Shown here: piece by piece, positions 25,174 through 32,000 of the stretch
Layout of the letters: each line of letters starts with the position of its first letter
How positions within the stretch are numbered: position 1 is the stretch's first letter
Assembly: GCA_030059665.1 (NCBI GenBank)
Contig: JANVYR010000002.1
Coordinates: forward strand, 543,521-575,520
Origin: Candidatus Calditenuis fumarioli
GTDB taxonomy: Archaea; Thermoproteota; Nitrososphaeria_A; Caldarchaeales; Calditenuaceae
Reading direction: 5' to 3'
DNA: 32,000 nucleotides
The notes under the pieces: model-generated
Database searches by the model: none
The model's input: the letters and a program-made list of their open reading frames with translations, nothing else
Told to the model about the DNA's origin: nothing
Program-made: the position numbers and the translations under genes

Positions 25174-26057
25174 GCGCGGAGAGCCTGTCGGTTAGGGGCC
25201 GATCGGCAACCGTCAGGAAGCTTTTCGACGGGCTGATGCCGGTTCTGGTTGGTGTTGGCGTGTTCGTCGCGGTAGCGTTTCTGGTCTCGCTGCTCCTCTA
25301 CGTCTTCTCCGTCGGCATCGGAAGGCTGTCCCCCACGCTCATCACGAACTATCCGTCGGCGAACCCGCAGGAGGCGGGGATGAGGAGCGCGATACTCGGG
25401 TCCTTCTTCACGGTAGGCCTCTCAGCCCTGATCTGCATCCCCCTCAGCATCGCGACCGCGATCTACCTCACTGAGTACGCCGGCGGGAAGTGGTGGTCGC
25501 AGGTCCTCCGGTACAACATCGCGAACCTGGCTGGCGTGCCGTCGATCGTCTTCGGTGTCGTCGGTCTCGGCTTCCTCGTCTACGGTTTAGGCCTCGGGAG
25601 GTCGGTGATAGCGGGTGCCTTCACGTTGGCCATACTGACGCTCCCCTACGTCACGGTCACTTGCGTCGAGGCCATCAGGACGGTCCCCGACGACCAGAGG
25701 TTCGGAGCCTACGCGCTTGGGGCTACGACCTTCGAGGTGGTGAGGTACGTGGTTCTGCCGAGGGCGCTCCCCATGATGCTCACGGGTGGAATACTGGGGA
25801 TCTCGAGGGCCCTGGGCGAGGCAGCACCGATTTTAGTGATCAGCGGTCTGCTCTTCATCCGGGAGGACCCGACCTCGCCTTTGAGCGAGTTCACGGTCAT
25901 GCCGCTCCAGCTTTACAACTGGATCAGCAGGCCCCAGCTGGCCTTCCAGCAGCTCGCCGCCGCAGGCATCATAGTGCTCCTCGCGATGCTGTTGGCCCTG
26001 AACGCCCTGGCGATCTACCTCAGGCAGCGCTATTACAGGAGGCTGGAGGCGGGGTGA
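25155..26057 (+). CDS. pstA: Phosphate ABC transporter permease PstA
   Basis: [42 protein letters not shown] at 25155 overlaps the pstC end by 19 nt. The track ORF from 24450 is an out-of-context Arg/Gly-rich extension over pstC. Confidence 0.92.
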   Translation: MGDQVLSAESLSVRGRSATVRKLFDGLMPVLVGVGVFVAVAFLVSLLLYVFSVGIGRLSPTLITNYPSANPQEAGMRSAILGSFFTVGLSALICIPLSIATAIYLTEYAGGKWWSQVLRYNIANLAGVPSIVFGVVGLGFLVYGLGLGRSVIAGAFTLAILTLPYVTVTCVEAIRTVPDDQRFGAYALGATTFEVVRYVVLPRALPMMLTGGILGISRALGEAAPILVISGLLFIREDPTSPLSEFTVMPLQLYNWISRPQLAFQQLAAAGIIVLLAMLLALNALAIYLRQRYYRRLEAG

Positions 26058-26064
26058 GAGAGTC

Positions 26065-26904
26065 ATGGCTATGAGCGATCTCGTACGTGCAGTCTCCGGG
26101 AGGGAGGAGGTGGACTCCGGCATCACATTCGACGACGCGGTGATCCGGGTCAGGGACCTGGCGGTCAGGTACCGGGGGAGGTACGCGATAAAAGGAATAA
26201 ACATCGACTTTCGGAGGAACCACATCACGGCCATCATAGGGCCCTCGGGATGCGGGAAGTCGACGCTCCTCAGGTCTCTGAACAGGATGAACGACCTGAT
26301 ACCCGGTGCGGAGGTGGAGGGGAAAGTGCTTTACCACGACGTCGACGTCTACTCGAAGGAGGTCGACCCCGTGGCGCTGAGGTCCAAGATCGGAATGGTC
26401 TTCCAGCGCCCGAACCCGTTCCCTATGAGCATCTTCGACAACGTCGCCTTCGGTCTCAGGGTGAACGGCCTCAAGCTCACGAAATCCGAGATGTACCAGA
26501 GGGTGAAGGAGGCCCTCGTGAAGGCGGCCCTCTGGGACGAGGTCAAGGACAGGCTCGACGCACACGCCTACTCGCTCTCGGGAGGACAGCAGCAGAGGCT
26601 CTGCATAGCCAGGGCGCTCGCGGTGGAGCCGGAGGTGTTGCTGCTCGACGAGCCGACCGTCTCCCTCGATCCCATATCGACCGCCAAGATAGAGGAGCTC
26701 CTGATATCCATCAAGAAGGACTACACGATCGTCATCGTCACCCACAACATGCTGCAGGCCGCAAGGGTCTCGGATTACACCGCCGTGATGATGCCCGACG
26801 AGGAGATGGTCGGGAGGCTGATCGAGTTCGGTCCGACGAAGGAGGTGTTCACTAGGCCCCGGGACAGGAGGACCGAGGCCTACATAGCGGGGAGGATCGG
26901 TTGA
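26065..26904 (+). CDS. pstB: Phosphate import ATP-binding protein PstB
   Basis: Walker [90 protein letters not shown] precedes the ATG. Confidence 0.96.
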   Translation: MAMSDLVRAVSGREEVDSGITFDDAVIRVRDLAVRYRGRYAIKGINIDFRRNHITAIIGPSGCGKSTLLRSLNRMNDLIPGAEVEGKVLYHDVDVYSKEVDPVALRSKIGMVFQRPNPFPMSIFDNVAFGLRVNGLKLTKSEMYQRVKEALVKAALWDEVKDRLDAHAYSLSGGQQQRLCIARALAVEPEVLLLDEPTVSLDPISTAKIEELLISIKKDYTIVIVTHNMLQAARVSDYTAVMMPDEEMVGRLIEFGPTKEVFTRPRDRRTEAYIAGRIG

Positions 26905-26905
26905 G

Positions 26906-27523
26906 TTGGTACGGCTGATCGAGCCTAAGCTCAAGGACATAAGCGCCCTCCTGAGCGAGATGGGGGTCCTCTCCCAGAGGGCCCTTGGGCTGGCGGTGGA
27001 GTCGTTCGTCAACAACAGGCCGCTCGAGCACGAGACATTCACGCTCGCGGAGCAGCTCAGGACGCTTCACTACAGGGTGATGGACCTCTCGACGGAGGCG
27101 ATAGCGCGCTACCAGCCGGTGGCCACCGACCTCAGGTTCATCAGGGCATGCGGTGAGGTCTCTTACGGCCTCTACAGGACCGGAAGGTACGCCTACGACA
27201 TCGTGGGGACCGTCAGCGTCTTCGGCGACCTGAGGGGGTGCTCGTGGGAAGACGTGATCCGGACCAGCGGGGTGGTGAAGGAGATGCTGACGCAGGCCAT
27301 TGAGGCCTTCAGCAACCTCGACGAGAAACTGGCGCTGGAGGTGATCGGCCTGGACGACGTGGTGGACGGCGAGTACCGGCGATACCTGAGGAAGGTGATC
27401 GAGGGCGGCGGGGAGAGGAGGTGCGAGATCGCCGGGCTGCTTATCATGCGGTACCTCGAGAGGATGGCGGACCACGCCAACGCGATCGCGGAGGCCACGC
27501 TGTACGTCATCAGGGGATCCTAA
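26906..27523 (+). CDS. phoU: Phosphate transport system regulatory protein PhoU
   Basis: Two PhoU repeats (DLRFIRACGEVSYGLYRTGRYAYDI, MRYLERMADHANAIAEA). TTG start preceded by GGGGAGGATC, 1 nt after the pstB stop. Confidence 0.88.
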   Translation: MVRLIEPKLKDISALLSEMGVLSQRALGLAVESFVNNRPLEHETFTLAEQLRTLHYRVMDLSTEAIARYQPVATDLRFIRACGEVSYGLYRTGRYAYDIVGTVSVFGDLRGCSWEDVIRTSGVVKEMLTQAIEAFSNLDEKLALEVIGLDDVVDGEYRRYLRKVIEGGGERRCEIAGLLIMRYLERMADHANAIAEATLYVIRGS

Positions 27524-27582
27524 AACCCCCAGCAAATCCGTTCGAATAAAGCTCAAATTTTGACCATATGGACTGACCCCGA

Positions 27583-28200
27583 ATGTCCAGCGCGTTCGAC
27601 AGGGCCGTGGAGTGGGTGAGGCAGCAGGCCTCCGCGGGGAAGGGGCTGCCCTCGATCGCGAAGGAGATGCCCGAGTTCAGGGACGAGCACTTCACGGTGA
27701 ACAGGGTGGTCCTGCTGGAGCCGATCATGGTGGGGTACGCGGACCCGAAGGCATCGATCCAGCTCACGGACGGGCTGTTCAGAGCGGTGACACGGGTGGC
27801 GAAGATGCACGGGTTCGAGGCGGTCCAGACGAGCAACGGGATCGCGGTCAGGTCCGGGGATAGAAACGTGGCCTTCGTCACCCAGGAGGGAGTCTTCTCC
27901 TCGGACCGCAAGCTCTTCGAGGACCTCGTGGAGGCGGTAAGGACTCAGCCGGTGGACGCACCGGTGAAGGACAGCTGGCTCGACTCGATCGTACAGCTAA
28001 CAAGCAAGTACGGCGTGGACCTGATCTTCATGGCGTTGCTCTTCTTCCTCCTGCCGACCACGCTGGCAGCGATATCGCTTGCCGCAACCCCGTCCCTCTG
28101 GTTCCCGTACCCGGTGAACGTCGGCGTCGCTGCGGCTTTGCTGCTGATATCGGTCTACGTCTTCAGGAAGTATCTCGCGGAGAACCGTCCGAAGCGGTGA
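27583..28200 (+). CDS. Hypothetical protein: about 140-aa soluble N-terminal domain plus two C-terminal TM helices
   Basis: High GC3 in frame. TM segments LIFMALLFFLLPTTLAAISLAA and VNVGVAAALLLISVYVF. AT-rich GAATAAAG/AAATTTT elements 24-35 nt upstream of the ATG. Confidence 0.7.
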   Translation: MSSAFDRAVEWVRQQASAGKGLPSIAKEMPEFRDEHFTVNRVVLLEPIMVGYADPKASIQLTDGLFRAVTRVAKMHGFEAVQTSNGIAVRSGDRNVAFVTQEGVFSSDRKLFEDLVEAVRTQPVDAPVKDSWLDSIVQLTSKYGVDLIFMALLFFLLPTTLAAISLAATPSLWFPYPVNVGVAAALLLISVYVFRKYLAENRPKR

Positions 28201-28368
28201 GGTTTCGGTAAGCGGTTCCCCTAGTTCTCTTCCGGGTTCAGCACCAAAAAGTATCGTTTCTCGGACCCCCACTCTATATGTTGTTGCAGGAAACGTGACT
28301 AAGAATTTTGCAAAACATCGCGGCACAATAAGATTAAATTCGGCAGGGATGCGAAGAATGGACCAAGG

Positions 28369-29613
28369 ATGAGCGGCTGGAAGGACGAGAGGTGGAGGGG
28401 CATAGTGAGGGAGTACACCTACGAAGACGTTCTGAGGCTGAGGGGAACGTGGCCTTCACAGGCGGTTTACTCGAGGTTGCTGTCCGAGAAGTTCTGGAAC
28501 GCGCTCAAGACGAGACCATTTGTCTTCGCGGTCGGAGCGATGACGGGGACGCAGGCGATCCAGATGGTCGACGCCGGTTTCGAGGCGATCTACGTTAGCG
28601 GGTGGCAGGTGGCAGCGGACGCCAACGAGGTCGGGATGATGTACCCGGACCTCGGGCTGTACCCCTCCAACAGCGGACCTGAGCTGGTGAGGAGGATCCT
28701 GAGGGCGCTGAGGAGGGCAGACCAGATCAGGCACCTCGAGGGGAGGAGGGGACCGGATTACTTCGTGCCGCTGGTGGCGGACTGCGAGGCGGGATTCGGC
28801 GGGCCGCTGCACGCGTTCGAGGTGGTGCGGGAGATGATCGAGGCCGGTGCGGCATCGGTTCACCTGGAGGACCAGCACCACAGCGAGCGGAGGTGCGGAC
28901 ACTTGGGAGGAAAGGTCCTCGTGCCACTGGACGCCTTCAAGAGGACGCTGACCGCGGCGAGGCTCGCGGCGGACGTGATGGACGTGCCCCTGGTGATAAT
29001 AGCCAGGACCGACTCCCTCGACGCCTCTTTCATAACGAGCGACCACGACCCGATAGACAGCCAGTTCGTCACAGGAGGCAGGACGCCCGAAGGTTACTAC
29101 AGGTTCACGGGAGGAATCGACGCGGCCGTGGCCAGGGCCCTTGAGGTGGCTCCGTACGCGGAGCTGATCTGGTTCGAGACGAAGAGGCCGAGCCTGGAGG
29201 AGGCGAAGGAGTTCGCGAGGAAGGTGCTCTCGAGGTTCCCGGAGAAGATGCTGGCGTACAACCTGTCGCCGTCCTTCAACTGGACGAAGCTGGACAGGGA
29301 GCAGGTGGCCCAGTTCCAGCGCGAGCTGGCGAGGCTCGGGTACAAGTTCCAGTTCATCACGCTGGCGGGGTTCCACGCGCTGAACGCATCCATGTTCGAG
29401 CTGGCCAAGGGTCTGATCGAGGAGGGGATGCCGGCGTACGTGAGGCTCCAGGAAAGGGAGTTCGAGCTGGAGAAGGTAGGCTACAGGGCTGCACGGCACC
29501 AGTCCTTCGTCGGCGTCCAGTACTACGACCTGGTCTACGACCTCATCACCGGCGGGAGGGCCTCCGCGAAGGCGCTGGAGGGTTCGACCGAGAAGGAGCA
29601 GTTCGGGCACTGA
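28369..29613 (+). CDS. aceA: Isocitrate lyase
   Basis: ICL signature RRCGHLGGK (K[KR]CGH[LM]GGK type), VSGWQVAADAN, DCEAGFGG, ARTDS, WFETKRPSLEEAKEF, SPSFNW. AAGATTAAATT at 28330-28340 lies upstream of the ATG. Confidence 0.93.
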   Translation: MSGWKDERWRGIVREYTYEDVLRLRGTWPSQAVYSRLLSEKFWNALKTRPFVFAVGAMTGTQAIQMVDAGFEAIYVSGWQVAADANEVGMMYPDLGLYPSNSGPELVRRILRALRRADQIRHLEGRRGPDYFVPLVADCEAGFGGPLHAFEVVREMIEAGAASVHLEDQHHSERRCGHLGGKVLVPLDAFKRTLTAARLAADVMDVPLVIIARTDSLDASFITSDHDPIDSQFVTGGRTPEGYYRFTGGIDAAVARALEVAPYAELIWFETKRPSLEEAKEFARKVLSRFPEKMLAYNLSPSFNWTKLDREQVAQFQRELARLGYKFQFITLAGFHALNASMFELAKGLIEEGMPAYVRLQEREFELEKVGYRAARHQSFVGVQYYDLVYDLITGGRASAKALEGSTEKEQFGH

Positions 29614-29658
29614 CCTGAAACCGGTGCGTTCGCGTCACGGCCCGGAGGTCGCTCTACG

Positions 29659-29667
29659 TTTTTTAGC
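29659..29667 (+). promoter_or_regulatory. TTTTTTAGC: TATA-like box for nuoB-nuoC. The T6 tract may also terminate aceA transcription.
   Basis: Centre lies about 27 nt upstream of the ATG at 29690. Same TTTTTAGC core as at 11104 and 21271. Confidence 0.5.
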
Positions 29668-29689
29668 GGGGCAGGACGGAGAGGTCCGG

Positions 29690-30346
29690 ATGTACTGCTC
29701 CCTGCACGCCGGCGGGGTCTGGGGTAGGCCGAAGACCGGTGCGTTCAACGTGACGCTCGGGTCCTCGAGGGTCGTCCTGGACTCCATAACCGCGGTTACG
29801 GTCCCGAAGGCGGAGGAGCGGGAGGCGATCAGGAGGTACGGGCTCGGGAGGGCGGTGAAGGTGGAGAGGCGAGGGGAGGTCAACTTCGTCGTCCAGTGGA
29901 TCAGGAACAGGTCCCTGATCAGGTACATCGTCAACTGGGGGAAGCTGTCGTCGCTCTTCCCAGTGCACCTTACCACCGCATGCTGCTCGGTCGAGTACGC
30001 GGCCACCGTCGGATCCAGGTACGACCCGGAGAGGTTCGGGATACTGAACGCCGTCGGATCCCTGCGCCAGTCTGACCTGCTGCTGGTGGAGGGCACCGTC
30101 ACCGCGAAGATGGCCCAGCGACTTCGGGTGATCTACGACCAGATGCCTGACCCGAAGTGGGTGATCGCGATGGGAGCGTGCGCGATATCCGGCGGGCTCT
30201 ACGCGAAGGACTCGTACAACGTCATCCAGGGCATCGACGACATAGTTCCGGTGGACGTTTACGTGCCCGGGTGCCCGCCGAGGCCCGAGACGCTCATCCA
30301 GGGCTTCGTTTTGCTGAGGGACAAGATACTGAACGAGCGGCTGTGA
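29690..30346 (+). CDS. nuoB: NADH-quinone oxidoreductase subunit B (PSST/20 kDa, N2 cluster subunit) with an N-terminal extension
   Basis: NWGKLSSLFPVHLTTACCSVEY, LLVEGTVT.KMA, WVIAMGACAISGG, VPVDVYVPGCPPRPE. ATG at 29690 fits the TATA spacing. 29624-29689 has lower GC3 and contains the TATA element. GTG at 29855/29861 are shorter alternatives. Confidence 0.9.
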   Translation: MYCSLHAGGVWGRPKTGAFNVTLGSSRVVLDSITAVTVPKAEEREAIRRYGLGRAVKVERRGEVNFVVQWIRNRSLIRYIVNWGKLSSLFPVHLTTACCSVEYAATVGSRYDPERFGILNAVGSLRQSDLLLVEGTVTAKMAQRLRVIYDQMPDPKWVIAMGACAISGGLYAKDSYNVIQGIDDIVPVDVYVPGCPPRPETLIQGFVLLRDKILNERL

Positions 30347-30347
30347 G

Positions 30348-30836
30348 GTGACGGGTTTGTCGAAGCTCCAGTCCGTGGTAGACGAGATGAGGGAGAGGTT
30401 CGGTGACCGGATCAGAAACGTGATCGTCGACCGGAAGATCGTCAAGGTCGAGGTGGACAGCTCGGTGGTCGTCGAGGCGGCGAGGTTCCTGAGGGAGAGG
30501 GGATTCGACCACGTGAAGGGCGTCACAGGCGTCGACCTGATAGCCCTCACGAAGCCGGAGAACGCGATCGAGGTGCTCTACCACGCCGGATCCTACACGG
30601 ACGAGGAGCTGAAGGGCGTGGTCCTCACGCTCTCGGTGAAGCTGCCCCGTGACGAGCCGGAGATGCCCTCGCTCACGCAGGTCTGGAGGAGCGCCGAGTA
30701 CCACGAGCGCGAGACCTTCGAGATGCTGGGCGTCAGGTTCGTTGGCCATCCTGACCTCAGGAGGCTCCTTCTGCCGGAGTGGTACTCGGACATACCTCCC
30801 CTTAGGAAGGACTTCAAGCCCGCCGGCAGGCCGTGA
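30348..30836 (+). CDS. nuoC: NADH-quinone oxidoreductase subunit C (30 kDa subunit)
   Basis: GVDLI..., PSLTQVWRSAEYHERETFEMLGVRFVGHPDLRRLLLPE. GTG start 1 nt after the nuoB stop, preceded by GTGAGGTG. Confidence 0.9.
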   Translation: MTGLSKLQSVVDEMRERFGDRIRNVIVDRKIVKVEVDSSVVVEAARFLRERGFDHVKGVTGVDLIALTKPENAIEVLYHAGSYTDEELKGVVLTLSVKLPRDEPEMPSLTQVWRSAEYHERETFEMLGVRFVGHPDLRRLLLPEWYSDIPPLRKDFKPAGRP

Positions 30837-30883
30837 TCGCCGCGTGTAATCCAGTCTTTCGGGGAGAAAACGTCCCAATGCCA

Positions 30884-30897
30884 CGCAAAGTTTATAG
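30884..30897 (+). promoter_or_regulatory. rRNA operon promoter: purine-rich BRE-like GCAAAG followed by a TTTATAG TATA box
   Basis: Classic archaeal AAAGTTTATA-type element about 185 nt upstream of the mature 16S 5' end. No coding potential between it and the rRNA. Confidence 0.55.
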
Positions 30898-31077
30898 CTG
30901 AACGTTTGGCTTTAACAGGGTTGGAGCCAGGACCCGAGGCGGCGCCGCCCCAGAGGGAGGCGGTGACGCTCGCTGTGAAGGGGCGGTCTCCGGTCTTGGC
31001 AACAGGATGAGGACCCGAGGTAGCGGTTCGGGTCTAATGCGGGCCGGGTCGTGGAGAGACCCCCGCCACTGGGCAGA

Positions 31078-32000
<923 letters not shown>

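Noticed and set aside
26020-27556. Long minus-strand ORFs (26020-27042 and 26852-27556) antisense to pstB and phoU
   Set aside because: No recognisable domains and high Arg/Pro/Val/Gly content. The sense genes are unambiguous.
28456-29610. 384-aa minus-strand ORF antisense to isocitrate lyase
   Set aside because: Same GC-driven antisense artefact. The plus strand has the ICL catalytic signature.
29624-29689. Longest possible nuoB start (GTG at 29624)
   Set aside because: This stretch has clearly lower GC3 than the downstream frame and contains the TTTTTTAGC TATA/T-tract element itself. The ATG at 29690 fits leaderless spacing.

Overview
Visibly GC-rich archaeal chromosome segment with a strong G/C third-codon-position bias. 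The 16S signatures and gene content suggest a thermophilic Thermoproteota/TACK-like organism. The window is densely packed with core housekeeping and transport genes. In order: nuoA-nuoH (minus strand, window start), a small conserved hypothetical, a ThiR-like HTH+ThiN regulator with an HD hydrolase, an NAD-epimerase, PfpI/DJ-1, ThiI and an Nre-type DNA repair protein. Then a six-gene peptide-type ABC importer (giant family-5 binding protein, two permeases, a tiny membrane ORF, two ATPases), a PAC2 proteasome-chaperone-like protein and a DUF1648-like membrane protein. Next comes a small cluster of unknown function (wHTH protein divergent from a two-gene operon), a UPF0201-like protein, a solitary sufB, a USP-like protein and rlmE. 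The window ends with an AbrB-PhoU regulator divergent from pstSCAB-phoU, an unknown membrane-anchored protein, isocitrate lyase, a stand-alone nuoB-nuoC pair, and the promoter, leader and first ~920 nt of a 16S rRNA gene. First genes of transcription units carry TATA-like boxes about 25-35 nt upstream of the start codon (leaderless style). Internal operon genes have GGAGG/GGTGA-type ribosome binding sites and 1-8 nt overlaps. I see no CRISPR array, transposase, integrase, tRNA or recognisable defence system, and I cannot point to a clear-cut novel multi-gene system. The best second-look items are: a 74-nt near-identical segment shared by the two ABC ATPase genes over their Cys-rich C-termini; a translationally coupled 69-codon two-TM ORF inside the ABC operon; the uncharacterised wHTH plus two-gene cluster at 17.3-18.6 kb; the scattered nuo genes; and repeat-rich intergenic regions upstream of the USP-like gene, sufB, pstS and aceA. 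Most long alternative-frame and antisense ORFs in the track are Arg/Pro/Gly-rich artefacts of the high GC content.
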